Notes: generated from the letters alone by a model not told the origin. 64,000 nt of DNA from Oligoflexia bacterium (GCA_963758495.1 CAVWVI010000003.1:576001-640000), one strand, 5' to 3'; shown: positions 53,297 through 64,000, counted from the stretch's first letter. Translations and numbers: made by a program.

Positions 53297-54778
53297 TTAA
53301 GCCTTTCCTTTAATAAAAGAATTCAAAAAAGCATGACCTACAGAGATCAACTTCTCGTCTCCAAATTGAGGAGCCATGAAGTGTAATCCTATAGGCAAAC
53401 CCTGCTGATCTTCGCCACAAGGAATACTCATTGCGGGGAGACCTGCGAGATTCGCTGGAATCGTAAAAATATCATTCAAATACATTTGAAGCGGATCATT
53501 ACTTTTTTCGCCTAATTTGAAAGCCGTTGTTGGAGAGACAGGCCCTAGAATAAAATCGACCTCTTTAAAAGCCTGATCAAAGTCTTGCTTAATCAAGGCA
53601 CGAACTTGACATGCCTTTTTATAATAGGCCTCTGAGTAACCACTTGAAAGTGCAAACGTTCCAAGAATAATTCTTCGTTTCACCTCAGCCCCAAAATTTG
53701 CACGAACATGCTCATAAAACTCTGTCAGATTTTGGGCATTTACCGCCTTTTGAGGTCTCACCCCAAATCGAACTCCATCAAATCGAGCTAAATTACTCGA
53801 GGCTTCACTCACAGCCACAATATAATAAACAGCCACTGCATACTGAGTATGAGGAAGTGAAATCGGAACTAATTGAGCACCTTGCGCTTCCATCCATTTC
53901 AAAGAACTTTGAATTGCCTTCTCCACGTCGGGGGAAAGACCGCCAATAAAGTATTCTTTTGGAACGCCAATCCGTAATTTTTTCCATTCAGGTTTCTGCT
54001 GTATTGCTTGAAATCCTTTCGTTGGGCCTAGAGGAGAAGACGTAGAGTCCATCGGATCATGACCCGACATGACGTCCAAAAGAAGAGCTGCATCTTCAAC
54101 ACTATTCGCTAACGGCCCTACTTGATCCAATGAAGAAGCAAAAGCGACCAAGCCATAACGGCTCAATCTCCCATAAGTGGGCTTTATCCCAACGACTCCA
54201 CAATAACTGGCAGGCAGACGAATGGAGCCGCCAGTATCACTCCCCAGAGCTGCCATACAGAGCCTTGCCTTCACGGCGGCCGCAGATCCCCCACTTGAGC
54301 CACCTGGGACTCGGTCAGGATGAGTAGGATGCTTGACGGGTCCGAAGGCAGAATTCTCATTCGATCCTCCCATCGCAAATTCATCCATATTGAGCTTACC
54401 TAAGCTAATCCCCCCTGCTGACTCAAGTCGTGCAACTACTGTTGCGGTATAGGGAGAAATATAATTTTCAAGCATTTTAGAAGCGCAAGTCGTTCGCACT
54501 CCGTCCATCGTAAGATTATCCTTAATGCCCAGTGGGATGCCGAGTAAAGGCTTCTGATCACGAGGAACTTTTCCGTGTTTTGTGAGAAGAATGTCTGCTG
54601 CTTTGGCTTGAGATAAGGCTCTGTCTTCGCAAATGGTTAAATAAGAGCCCGTTTGACTTGCCTTCACCGCAGCTAGGTAATCTCGAGTCAGTTCGACTGG
54701 AGAGAGGGTTTTCTTATCAAAAGCATCATGGATTTCACGAATTGTTTTAAACTGACCAATTAAACTCGAATGAGTCAT
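53297..54778 (-). CDS. gatA: Asp/Glu-tRNA amidotransferase subunit A
   Basis: GKLNMDEFAMG, GGSSGGS, GSDTGGSIR, EVKRRIILGT. Confidence 0.98.
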   Translation of the reverse strand: MTHSSLIGQFKTIREIHDAFDKKTLSPVELTRDYLAAVKASQTGSYLTICEDRALSQAKAADILLTKHGKVPRDQKPLLGIPLGIKDNLTMDGVRTTCASKMLENYISPYTATVVARLESAGGISLGKLNMDEFAMGGSNENSAFGPVKHPTHPDRVPGGSSGGSAAAVKARLCMAALGSDTGGSIRLPASYCGVVGIKPTYGRLSRYGLVAFASSLDQVGPLANSVEDAALLLDVMSGHDPMDSTSSPLGPTKGFQAIQQKPEWKKLRIGVPKEYFIGGLSPDVEKAIQSSLKWMEAQGAQLVPISLPHTQYAVAVYYIVAVSEASSNLARFDGVRFGVRPQKAVNAQNLTEFYEHVRANFGAEVKRRIILGTFALSSGYSEAYYKKACQVRALIKQDFDQAFKEVDFILGPVSPTTAFKLGEKSNDPLQMYLNDIFTIPANLAGLPAMSIPCGEDQQGLPIGLHFMAPQFGDEKLISVGHAFLNSFIKGKA

Positions 54779-54846
54779 AAATCGTTCCTCTTTTGTGAGC
54801 TTTCAGTATTCAACTTTAAGCTGAAATCTGAAGCCTGTAGTCTCAT

Positions 54847-55146
54847 TTAAAGAATAGGAGGGACTTTAAATCCATCATAAAGAACATCAGGAGCCGAGCT
54901 TAGGACTTTCGGTTTTCCCTCCGCATCTCTCGGAAATAATCTAGCTACATCCTCCCGTAAAGGAGGTAAAAGCTCTAGAGGATGGGTGAGAGGCTCTACA
55001 TGATGAGTATCTAAACTTTGGAGTTGCTCAACATATTTTAGGATTTCTCCCAACTGAGAAGTAAAGATATTTACCTCTTGATCTGAAAGCTCTAAACGAG
55101 CAAGTTCAGCTACTCGACGAGTCAATGCTTCGTTTACTTCAACCAT
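54847..55146 (-). CDS. gatC: Asp/Glu-tRNA amidotransferase subunit C
   Basis: VAELARLEL, LREDV, FKVPPIL; position before gatA. Confidence 0.95.
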   Translation of the reverse strand: MVEVNEALTRRVAELARLELSDQEVNIFTSQLGEILKYVEQLQSLDTHHVEPLTHPLELLPPLREDVARLFPRDAEGKPKVLSSAPDVLYDGFKVPPIL

Positions 55147-55210
55147 AAAGTATTCCTTATCATAAGAGGAAAGTCTAAAGGGAATGTCTTAACGCTTATT
55201 TAAGACTTTT

Positions 55211-57469
55211 TCACCCAAAATAGCTTACCACATAACGTAGAATAAACTTCTTCTGTTGTTGCCCTCGAAATTGAATCGTCACTTTTTGATCTGTGCCCGA
55301 ACCCTCGCTGTTTACGACAGTTCCACGTCCATAGTCAGGGTGCACCATTTGTCGTCCTACCCAATCTTCTTTTGCCTCGATCATGGTTCCACCCCTTGAC
55401 TCCACCCCAAGTCCAAATTGACGAGACGACCCTGTACGATAGGTATCCGCCCGAATACCATAAGAAAGATCTTTAAATTCAAGCAGCTCTTCCGGAATTT
55501 CAGAAAAAAATCGGGACGGCTCCTGATAGCTCACATTCCCCCAAATTCGCCGCACGATCACATTCATCAAATAGAGGCGCTGCCGTGCTCGAGTCATTCC
55601 AACATAGCAGAGCCGTCGTTCCTCTTCGATATCTTCTTCCGGGGTTTCCTCCCAAGCTTTAATAGAGGGAAACAAGCCTTCTTCCATACCCACCATAAAA
55701 ACAACCGGAAACTCTAACCCCTTAGAGGAGTGCAAAGTCATCATTTTTATTGAATTTAAATTCCCGTCCAGATTGTCCAAATCAGAAACTAAAGAGGATT
55801 GCTCGACAAAAAGAGGTAAAAGTTCAACTTTAATTTTTTCAATTTCAGCTTCAGTCACGCCCTCTAGACGATCCAACTCAAATTCTTGCAAGAGAGAATC
55901 AAATTCCTCCAAGTTTTGAACTCGAGATAATGCTTCTTCAGTCCCCTCTTGCTTGAGTTCCCGCACATACCCAATCTCATCTAAAATCAAATGATAGAGC
56001 TCTGAAAGCAGAAGTTTTGGCTGCTCCGCCATGAGCCTTTTGATCAGTTGGATAAATTGAAATAGTTTCTTAGCAGTCCCCGCCGAAGTGATGGATGAAT
56101 CTAGAGAAGCACGCTCAACTATATCAAAGTAACTTAATCCTGCTTCACTCATTGCTGAATGATATTGGTCTAACTTTTCTAATGTTGTTTTTCCGATTCC
56201 TCGTGCTGGAACATTGATAATTCTTTTTAAACTGACGGAATCTGAAGGATTTAAAATGACTTTAAAATAAGACAAAACATCTTTAATTTCCTTACGATCG
56301 TAAAACCTCAAACCACCCACAATTTGATAGGGAAGTTTTTCCCGTCGAAGAACATCCTCAAATTGGCGACTTTGAGCATTGGTTCGGTAAAAAATCGCAA
56401 AATTTTGATACGTAAAATTCTCTGATTCAGCTAACCGCTTAATTTCAGAAACGACCATTTCCGCTTCTGCCCGTTCATCCGGAAGCTGAGCTCGAATCAC
56501 GGCATTTCCATCTTCATTTTCCGTCCAAAGTCTCTTATCTTTTCGAGAACGGTTATTTTGAATCACATCACCGGCTACTGCCAAAATCGTCTTGGTAGAG
56601 CGATAATTTTGCTCAAGTTTCACAACCCGGGCACCGGGATAATCCACTTCAAAATCAAGAATATTTCTAATATCTGCCCCACGCCACTTGTATATGGACT
56701 GATCCTCGTCACCCACTACACAAATATTTTGATGCCCCCCCTGAGTGGCACCAGCCAAAAGAGATAAAAGTAAATATTGAGATCTATTGGTATCTTGATA
56801 TTCATCGACGTGAATATAACGATAACGGTGTTGGTATTTTATTCGCAAATCTGCGTGGTCTCTCAAAAGTCGGTAAGTCATACAAATAATTTCTCCAAAA
56901 TCTAGAGCATTATTGGAGAAAAGATCTTTTTGATAGTGTTCGTAAACACGCTTTAACTGACGAGAAAAAATATCATGATTCGCTGGTTCTAATTCATGAG
57001 GCTCAATCGCATCGCATTTAGCGCGATTGATACCACCTTGAATCGCTTTAGGATTGAAATTTTTCTCATCTATCTGAAGGGTTGTCATTGCTTTTTTGAT
57101 TAAACTGAGCTGATCCGAATCATCGTAAATCACAAATGGCTTGGTAAAAGGGGTTTTGGCGATTTCCCTCCGCAACAAACGCACACAAACAGAATGAAAA
57201 GTTCCAATTTCGGGTCCATTTGAACTTGTCCCAGTATGCCCTAGAAGCTTTTCAACTCTCTCTCTCATTTCAGCGGCAGCCTTATTTGTGAATGTCACTG
57301 CTAAAACTTGGTAGGGAGCAATCCGCTTCTCCTGGATGAGGTAAGCGATTCTGGAGGTTAACATTTTTGTTTTTCCGGAACCTGCGCCGGCTAAAACAAT
57401 CAAAGGCCCTTCTGTCGCTAACACGGCTTCGCGTTGTGGTTCGTTTAATAATGACTCAAGTTTACTCAT
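55211..57469 (-). CDS. pcrA: UvrD/PcrA ATP-dependent DNA helicase
   Basis: LAGAGSGKT, TFTNKAA, DEYQDTN, VGDEDQSIY, QNYRST, HSSKGLEF, EEERRLCYVGMTRA; ATG 57469 after GGGGGA. Confidence 0.95.
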   Translation of the reverse strand: MSKLESLLNEPQREAVLATEGPLIVLAGAGSGKTKMLTSRIAYLIQEKRIAPYQVLAVTFTNKAAAEMRERVEKLLGHTGTSSNGPEIGTFHSVCVRLLRREIAKTPFTKPFVIYDDSDQLSLIKKAMTTLQIDEKNFNPKAIQGGINRAKCDAIEPHELEPANHDIFSRQLKRVYEHYQKDLFSNNALDFGEIICMTYRLLRDHADLRIKYQHRYRYIHVDEYQDTNRSQYLLLSLLAGATQGGHQNICVVGDEDQSIYKWRGADIRNILDFEVDYPGARVVKLEQNYRSTKTILAVAGDVIQNNRSRKDKRLWTENEDGNAVIRAQLPDERAEAEMVVSEIKRLAESENFTYQNFAIFYRTNAQSRQFEDVLRREKLPYQIVGGLRFYDRKEIKDVLSYFKVILNPSDSVSLKRIINVPARGIGKTTLEKLDQYHSAMSEAGLSYFDIVERASLDSSITSAGTAKKLFQFIQLIKRLMAEQPKLLLSELYHLILDEIGYVRELKQEGTEEALSRVQNLEEFDSLLQEFELDRLEGVTEAEIEKIKVELLPLFVEQSSLVSDLDNLDGNLNSIKMMTLHSSKGLEFPVVFMVGMEEGLFPSIKAWEETPEEDIEEERRLCYVGMTRARQRLYLMNVIVRRIWGNVSYQEPSRFFSEIPEELLEFKDLSYGIRADTYRTGSSRQFGLGVESRGGTMIEAKEDWVGRQMVHPDYGRGTVVNSEGSGTDQKVTIQFRGQQQKKFILRYVVSYFG

Positions 57470-59150
57470 TTCCCCCTTCTCCCATAAAAGAGAAGGATCT
57501 TCTAGCAACTTCGCGATCATAAGCAGACCGCATATTATATCCGAACAAAAGTCCAACCACTCTACTGTCTTCTCCTAATACTGGAATACAAGGACTTTCA
57601 TTAAACATTTTAGCGACGACTAAAAGTCGATCATTTGCATTTACCGTCGGGGGTCTAAAACCACTTCGATAGACCAAATCCTTGGCCTCAACCAACGCAC
57701 CCAAATGCAACCGTGAAGAAGACGGCGATTTCCAAGCATCCTGGATGAGATCTATAGTCAAAAGACCACTAAAAACGCCTTGCGTATTCACTACTGGAAG
57801 AAAAGGATAACGTGCATTAGTCAATCTCGCATACAATGTTGCGACAGTCTCTTGTTCGTGAACAATTTCATAATCAGTGATCATAGCGTCTCGAACATAA
57901 ACTGCATCTAAAACCTCTGTGGATCGACCTCCCACCATAGAAATACCCCGCATCTCTAGGTTTTTATCAATCAAAGTGGGTGTCCCAACAAATTGTCGAC
58001 ATTGCCTCGCTATCAAACCTGCTAAAAAACAGGGCAAGAGGATATGAGCGTTCTGAGTTAATTCCAGCACGAGTACGGCGCCAGTAACTGGAATGCCTAA
58101 AACGGCCCCCCAAAGAGCAGCGCCGCCAATGAGAGCCGATGCAGCAGCAAAATGGATAAAATCATTTAAAATCCAATGATTTATACAATAACCCAAATAA
58201 CCACCTATGACAAAAAGTGGCCAAAACACTCCTATGGTTCCATAAGCAGCAATCACGAGTGCAAGACATAGGACTTGAGCAAAACAAAGAAGCAAAACTT
58301 CATTCACGGAGAACTTTATCCAGAGTACTTGCTCCAATAAAACTACGGGTAAGTTATGAATAGGCTTATAAATAGAAAATACTAAACAAAGTAATATCGC
58401 CCCCATCATAGGCTTCAACCCAGGTCGTTTCAGAAATAGGTTCGACAGACTTTCTTGAGAATAACGGAAAAAATGAATCAGTCCGGCGCCTCCTAATCCT
58501 GCCATAATCCCGATGATAATCACTCCGAACCACTCTCGCCAATTTGAAAAATGGAATCCAATCTGCATGCCGGTGACATTCAAACCCTCGAACGAGAATA
58601 GATTCATCAAAAAATGAATCCCTAAATAAGCGAAAAGAGCGCTGATTGTTGCAGATATACTTCGCCCCCCTATCCCAAGCTCAATGGGCAAAAGGACACT
58701 GGCGAACGGAGCACCAAAAGCCGCAGAAATCCCTGCTGCTAAACTGACTGCAACATCTGTCCGTCTTTTTTGCTCAAACCAGAGAGATGAACGTGCATTC
58801 AACCTCATATTTAAAAATTGGATAGTTTCTATCGCAACGCCCTCAGGCCCTATAGATCCGCCAAAGGTTGTCAGAAGAAAAGAAATACTCGCACGCATCA
58901 CCCATAGAAGCGACGATTTAGGTCTAAAGGGAGAATGAATATGATAAAATAAATCCGCTAAACCATCATAGCGTGGATTTCCGGTTCGACGATGTAAAAT
59001 GATCCTCTGAAAAACCATCAACGCTACACCCATAACAAGAAGAAAGATGAGTGGCGATCCAATTAATTCTTGATATTTTAAAAACAAGTACCGCTGAAAG
59101 AAAACCAAGAGTGCCGCGATCAAACCGATCAAGGCAGGCGAAATCATCAT
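57462..59150 (-). CDS. ClC-family chloride channel protein with CBS domains
   Basis: GGSIGPEG, AAGISAAFGAP, multiple TM helices, C-terminal CBS pair. Confidence 0.85.
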   Translation of the reverse strand: MMISPALIGLIAALLVFFQRYLFLKYQELIGSPLIFLLVMGVALMVFQRIILHRRTGNPRYDGLADLFYHIHSPFRPKSSLLWVMRASISFLLTTFGGSIGPEGVAIETIQFLNMRLNARSSLWFEQKRRTDVAVSLAAGISAAFGAPFASVLLPIELGIGGRSISATISALFAYLGIHFLMNLFSFEGLNVTGMQIGFHFSNWREWFGVIIIGIMAGLGGAGLIHFFRYSQESLSNLFLKRPGLKPMMGAILLCLVFSIYKPIHNLPVVLLEQVLWIKFSVNEVLLLCFAQVLCLALVIAAYGTIGVFWPLFVIGGYLGYCINHWILNDFIHFAAASALIGGAALWGAVLGIPVTGAVLVLELTQNAHILLPCFLAGLIARQCRQFVGTPTLIDKNLEMRGISMVGGRSTEVLDAVYVRDAMITDYEIVHEQETVATLYARLTNARYPFLPVVNTQGVFSGLLTIDLIQDAWKSPSSSRLHLGALVEAKDLVYRSGFRPPTVNANDRLLVVAKMFNESPCIPVLGEDSRVVGLLFGYNMRSAYDREVARRSFSFMGEGGNE

Positions 59151-61018
59151 TCAACCGTCACACTTTTCGCAAGATTTCTAGGTTTATCTACATCTGTCCC
59201 TTTTAAAACCGCTCGTTGATAACTCAATAATTGTACAACGGGTGTTAAAATAAAAGGCAATAGACCAGGATCTACCGATCTATTTTCTGTGGGTAGTGGA
59301 ATCCAATGATCGCAAAGTCCTCGCAAATCTATATCGTCAGAATCACCGATACCTACAATCGTAGCGCCCCTTGCTTTTACTTCTTCCAAATTCGAGACCG
59401 TCTTATCTCTCCAGGAATCACGAGGTGCTAAAACTACGACTACCATTCCACGATCAATCATCGCGATGGGGCCATGCTTAAGCTCTCCTGCTGCGTAACC
59501 TTCAGCATAATCATATGCGATTTCTTTCAACTTAAGCGCTCCCTCTAATGCAATGGGATAGGAATATCCTCTTCCAATAAAGAAGAAGCCTTTCGCATCA
59601 ACTACTGCATCAGACGCAGCTCTTATTTGACGAACCATCTCAGAACCCTCTTCAAGTCCTCTGGCCAATAAATGAGGCAATCGAATGAGATCCTCAAAGG
59701 CCTTACAGAGTTCTTCGGAACTTCGATGCTTTCTCTTGACCCCTAAATATCCAGCGAGCACAAAAAGCTCTGCTAATTGGGCTATAAATGTTTTAGTTGC
59801 AGCCACACCGATTTCTGGTCCTGCTGATGTATAAAATACGCCCTCTGCTTCACGAACGATAGAACTCCCTCGGACATTAGAAATTCCTAACGTAGAAATT
59901 CCTCGTGCTCTCATTTCCCGAAGTACTGCAAGGGTATCTGCAGTTTCACCCGATTGAGAAATACCTAATATCACTGTTCTTGGTTTAATGACGGGATCCC
60001 GATATCTAAATTCGCTCGCAAGCTCAACACTGACAGGGACCCCCGCCCACCGTTCAATCCAATACTTACCCAACAATGCGGCGTGCCAAGAAGTCCCGCA
60101 AGCCACGAGGATCAGCTCTTCAGCTTCCTCAAGAATTTTAACTTCTGGGCCAAAGGCTAATGGAAATGGCTCTGTTTTAACTCGGTCTAAAATTCCATTC
60201 AAAGTATCAACAAGAACGGCCGGCTGCTCATGAATTTCTTTGAGCATAAAATGAGAAAAGCCACCCTTATCTAATTTCTCCACAGACCAATCTAATTTAA
60301 CTGGTCTTCTTTTAACTGACGCACCCGTCACAAGATCAAAGAACGCCATTCCATCTCGCGTACCGACGACCACATCACCATGCTCTAAGAAAGTGACTTC
60401 ATTGCAGTATCCGACTAAGGGTTGAGCATCACTTGCAATAATCCCCCCTCCATTTAAATCCTGTCCTATCACTAAGGGTGACCCATTTCTCACTCCTACG
60501 AGAACACCTGGCTCACGCTCTGACATCACTACAACACTGCATTGTCCGTGCAAACCTGAAAAGCTTCTTCTGACTGCTTCCACTAATCCAAAACCCTTTT
60601 CCATTTCATCTAAAACTAAAAATCCGAAAAGCTCCGAATCAGTTTCAGACTTTGGCTGATGTCCCCGAGAAAGGAGTTCACGTTTTATGGAAAGATAATT
60701 TTCGATAATTCCATTATGAACTAAGACTATATGTCCAGTCTTGTGTGGATGTGCATTTTGGGTAGTAGGTTTGCCATGAGTTGCCCATCGAGTGTGGCCA
60801 ATTCCGCAAGTTGCACTTTGATGTAATTCATTCTTATCACGCAACAGCTTTTCAACGTTCTGCAATCGACCTTCAGCTTTGATAATCTCAATATGATGAT
60901 TGCTCTCGAGTGCAACACCAGCAGAATCATAACCTCTATATTCAAGACGTCTTAAACCTTGAATTAAAATATCAACAGCGGGTCTACTTCCAACATACCC
61001 TACAATACCGCACATCAT
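59147..61018 (-). CDS. glmS: glutamine--fructose-6-phosphate aminotransferase
   Basis: MCGIVG, LEYRGYDSAG, GHTRWATHG, SQSGETADT, PRNLAKSVTVE. Confidence 0.98.
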   Translation of the reverse strand: MMCGIVGYVGSRPAVDILIQGLRRLEYRGYDSAGVALESNHHIEIIKAEGRLQNVEKLLRDKNELHQSATCGIGHTRWATHGKPTTQNAHPHKTGHIVLVHNGIIENYLSIKRELLSRGHQPKSETDSELFGFLVLDEMEKGFGLVEAVRRSFSGLHGQCSVVVMSEREPGVLVGVRNGSPLVIGQDLNGGGIIASDAQPLVGYCNEVTFLEHGDVVVGTRDGMAFFDLVTGASVKRRPVKLDWSVEKLDKGGFSHFMLKEIHEQPAVLVDTLNGILDRVKTEPFPLAFGPEVKILEEAEELILVACGTSWHAALLGKYWIERWAGVPVSVELASEFRYRDPVIKPRTVILGISQSGETADTLAVLREMRARGISTLGISNVRGSSIVREAEGVFYTSAGPEIGVAATKTFIAQLAELFVLAGYLGVKRKHRSSEELCKAFEDLIRLPHLLARGLEEGSEMVRQIRAASDAVVDAKGFFFIGRGYSYPIALEGALKLKEIAYDYAEGYAAGELKHGPIAMIDRGMVVVVLAPRDSWRDKTVSNLEEVKARGATIVGIGDSDDIDLRGLCDHWIPLPTENRSVDPGLLPFILTPVVQLLSYQRAVLKGTDVDKPRNLAKSVTVE

Positions 61019-62469
61019 TCCTCCTTTGGCTGTCTCAACTTCAGAGCATAACCAGGTTTATTGATCTGTCTTGCACGAGCTATCGCCATATCTCCAGGAG
61101 GTACATCCTCAGTAATAGTAGACCCCGAAGCAATAAAAGCGCCCTTGCCGACTTTAACAGGCGCAATCGTTTGACAATCACTTCCTAAAAATACTTCATC
61201 TTCAATAATGGTTCGATGTTTTCTCTCACCGCGAATCACTCTTCCGTCAAAATTACAGGTCACGAAACCGCAACCAATATTCACATTCTGACCCACGACT
61301 GCGTCTCCCAGATAAGAGAGATGAGCAATACTGGTATAATTACCTATAGTCGCTTTCTTTAATTCTACAAAATTACCTATTTTTGCTTTAAACCCAACGT
61401 GAGTATCAGGTCGAAGATGTGCGTACGGTCCCACCTGGGCTTCAGCATCAATCTTAGACTTTTCTGCAATAGTACCCGTCTTAAGCTGAGCTCGCTCCCC
61501 GACTTGTACATGAGTTAATACAACATTGGGTCCAATCACCGCACCCTTACACACTCGAGTTTCACCCCGTAAAATTGCACCTGGATGCACAATGACATCC
61601 TGTTCTAATTGGACAGTCACATCTAACCTTGTGCTTGAAGGATCAATAAATATAACTCCAGTGAGTGCCCAACTTCGAAGGCATCGCTCATTGAGAATAG
61701 AACTAATTTGAGCGAGTTCCCACGGATCATTTACACCACGTAAGTCCACTGCATTCTTCCAAGGTAAAACTGCTATTTTTTTCTTAGACTGGGCAGCACT
61801 TCCAATCAAATCCGTGAGATAGTACTCTCCTTGCACATTATGATTGGAGAGCTGTTTTAAACCCTGCATTAAAAACTTGGAATCAAAGTGATAAATGGAT
61901 GTTGCAACTTCCTGAATAGCCTTTTCCTTTAAACTTGAATCTCTCTCTTCTACAATTCTAAGAACAGGTCCACTTTTTCCCTTTCTTACAATTCGACCTA
62001 ACCCTGTAGGATCATCCATAATACAGGTCAATAGCCTGAGAGCCTCACCCTTTTTGAGTGGCAGGATCATTTGTGAAATCAGCTCCTCAGGAACTAAAGG
62101 AAGATCTCCTGGGAGAACTAGGATTTGAGACTTTTCTTTAAGCCTAGCCTCACCCCAATCTGAATCCATCGCACACCGAACTGCATGACCAGTACCCTGC
62201 TGTTTAGGCTGAAAAATAAACGTAATGTTCATTTTTTGGAAGAGAGGTTCGCTTTGAATGTAAGCCTCTACCTTCTCCCTCCCGTGGCCCACTACTATGC
62301 TCACATAAGCAGTAGGTATGACCTCGCAGACCTTAATCAATACGTGATAAAGTAATGGCTTACCCCCCATTTCATGTAACACTTTAGGTTGAGAAGAACG
62401 CATTCTTTTCCCTAAACCCGCAGCCAAAATAATGACCCCACAGTCCTGTGAATTATTAAGTTTTTCCAT
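61015..62469 (-). CDS. glmU: bifunctional UDP-GlcNAc pyrophosphorylase/acetyltransferase
   Basis: ILAAGLGKRM..PKVLH, GEYYLTD, GPYAHLRP, GNFVELK, HLSYLGDA. Confidence 0.97.
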   Translation of the reverse strand: MEKLNNSQDCGVIILAAGLGKRMRSSQPKVLHEMGGKPLLYHVLIKVCEVIPTAYVSIVVGHGREKVEAYIQSEPLFQKMNITFIFQPKQQGTGHAVRCAMDSDWGEARLKEKSQILVLPGDLPLVPEELISQMILPLKKGEALRLLTCIMDDPTGLGRIVRKGKSGPVLRIVEERDSSLKEKAIQEVATSIYHFDSKFLMQGLKQLSNHNVQGEYYLTDLIGSAAQSKKKIAVLPWKNAVDLRGVNDPWELAQISSILNERCLRSWALTGVIFIDPSSTRLDVTVQLEQDVIVHPGAILRGETRVCKGAVIGPNVVLTHVQVGERAQLKTGTIAEKSKIDAEAQVGPYAHLRPDTHVGFKAKIGNFVELKKATIGNYTSIAHLSYLGDAVVGQNVNIGCGFVTCNFDGRVIRGERKHRTIIEDEVFLGSDCQTIAPVKVGKGAFIASGSTITEDVPPGDMAIARARQINKPGYALKLRQPKEE

Positions 62470-62701
62470 GAAATCAATGAGCTACCGGAATTTTTCTATT
62501 TTCTCAAGTATAGTTTTAGTCGAAATGTCATCAACACATAGAAATTCATCAAGATTATCCATCTATTTAAGAAAATGAATACCCGTGACAACTGTTTTAG
62601 TTGATATTTCTTAGAAATCCTTATAAAATTCGTTGTCAAAATCCTATATAGGGTTAAAATAGTTTGAATCATACGTGGGAATCACTATTAGTGAGGGGAA
62701 T

Positions 62702-63070
62702 ATGAGTATGGATACAAAGATCTTAGCCAAGTATAAAAAACTGCTCCTGGAAGAAAAACAACGGATCTTGAATAATTCAAAAAATGCACTTAAAAATGAG
62801 ATCGTATTGTCTCCTGACGATCTTCCTGATGAGACCGATTTGGCAGCAAGTGAAATTAATCAAAATTTAGTATTTAAATTACGGGATAGAGAACGCCAAC
62901 TTCTCACCAAAATCGACGAAGCCTTGGCTCGAATGGATGAAGGCAGTTTCGGCACCTGCGAAGACTGTGAAGAGCCCATTGAGCCCCGTCGGCTGGAAGC
63001 TCGCCCTGTCTCCACCATGTGCATTGCCTGCAAAGAACGACAAGAGCATCGCGAAAAAATCTACGCCTAA
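62702..63070 (+). CDS. dksA: RNA polymerase-binding protein DksA
   Basis: PDETDLA coiled-coil tip, RDRERQLL.KI, CEDC...RLEARP...CIAC. Confidence 0.9.
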   Translation: MSMDTKILAKYKKLLLEEKQRILNNSKNALKNEIVLSPDDLPDETDLAASEINQNLVFKLRDRERQLLTKIDEALARMDEGSFGTCEDCEEPIEPRRLEARPVSTMCIACKERQEHREKIYA

Positions 63071-63203
63071 ACTATGGAATTACAGTTACCATCCATTCAT
63101 TGATGTGTATGGGTGAGAAAAAACCCTAAAGGCCCCTGAGAGTTCCGCCGAATCTATATTTAGAGTCATTTATAATCGCAATGCGGCTCGAAGGAGATAA
63201 TGG

Positions 63204-64000
63204 ATGGTAACGAATTATGACGGTGAGCAGATCGAAATTCCTGAAACTTTGCCCATGCTACCCGTGCGTGACATTGTCGTATTTCCCTACATGATCATTC
63301 CACTTTTTGTAGGACGTGACTCCTCAATACGGAGCGTCGAAGAAAGTCTTTCAAGGTCAGATCGGCTGATCTTACTTTCTTCACAAAAAGACATTGGAGA
63401 TGAACATCCCTCACCAGAGGGTATTTATAAAACAGGCACCGTGGCAATGATCATGCGGATGAGAAAATTGCCCGATGGCCGAATCAAAATTTTGACACAA
63501 GGCTTATGTAAGGCCAATATCAAGGAGTTTTCACAGCTTCAGCCCTACTTCGAAGTCAAAATCGAGAAAATGACCGAACCCAACCTCGGACCTTTTCCTG
63601 AGACTGAAGCACTCATGCGTAATGTCCGTGAACAATTGGAAAAAGTCATCTCATTAGGAAAACTTCTTACTCCTGACATACTCATGGTTTTGGATGATAT
63701 CGCTGACCCAGGAAGATTGGCCGATCTTGTCGCATCCAATCTAGGACTCAAAGTAAGCGATGCACAGGCCATTCTGGAAACGATTGATCCCATTGAACGA
63801 CTTGCTAAAATTCACGATATCTTAACAAAAGAAATCGAAGTTCTATCTATTCAAGCGAAAATCCGGTCTCAAGCAAAAGATGAAATGACCAAATCTCAGA
63901 AAGAATACTTTTTAAGAGAACAGATCCGTGCCATCAAGACCGAACTAGGTGACGCGGACATAAAAGGCGAAGAAATCGGCGAATTAAAGGAAAAAATTTC
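63204..64000 (+). CDS. lon: ATP-dependent Lon protease, 5' part (runs off window; not in ORF track)
   Basis: AAGGAG RBS; MVTNYDGEQIEIPETLPMLPVRDIVVFPYMIIPLFVGR...LPDGRIKIL.QG...QKEYFLREQ. Confidence 0.93.
   Translation, partial: MVTNYDGEQIEIPETLPMLPVRDIVVFPYMIIPLFVGRDSSIRSVEESLSRSDRLILLSSQKDIGDEHPSPEGIYKTGTVAMIMRMRKLPDGRIKILTQGLCKANIKEFSQLQPYFEVKIEKMTEPNLGPFPETEALMRNVREQLEKVISLGKLLTPDILMVLDDIADPGRLADLVASNLGLKVSDAQAILETIDPIERLAKIHDILTKEIEVLSIQAKIRSQAKDEMTKSQKEYFLREQIRAIKTELGDADIKGEEIGELKEKI

Noticed and set aside
61015..61100. glmS ribozyme
   Set aside because: The glmS start overlaps the glmU stop, so there is no leader.

Overview
Bacterial chromosomal segment. Gene content and order resemble Bdellovibrionota or other former deltaproteobacteria (inference). 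The backbone is mostly housekeeping: a lipid A/outer-membrane cluster (lpxL, lpxK, lpxB, lpxA, fabZ, lpxD, skp, then kdsB, bamA, lolD, lolC/E), lysS, trxB, mce, CarD, one complete minus-strand rRNA operon (16S, tRNA-Ile, 23S, 5S), two sigma54 activators, ygfA-rny-ymdB, thiolase, psuG, ppx, asmA, gatCAB, pcrA/uvrD, clc, glmUS, dksA and the 5' part of lon. Two accessory regions stand out. (i) About 6.4-8.9 kb is a toxin-antitoxin-like islet between bamA and skp, with a deleted HipA/YjjJ-like gene divergent from a nucleotidyltransferase plus wHTH pair. (ii) About 32.1-38.4 kb is a decaying serine-recombinase element at the 3' end of tRNA-Ala(TGC), bounded by a 10-bp direct repeat. It carries extra recombinase-domain genes, an XRE-nuclease and an M28-peptidase/ankyrin gene with a frameshifted U-box-like tail. 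Signals absent from the ORF track include a startless ORF with WH2/WASP-like motifs, a family of long palindromic repeats (one nested in another), a 38-aa basic ORF, a candidate structured RNA before mce, a sigma54 promoter driving a sigma54 activator, and a 13-bp inverted repeat covering the lon start codon. All calls are by eye; no database searches were run.
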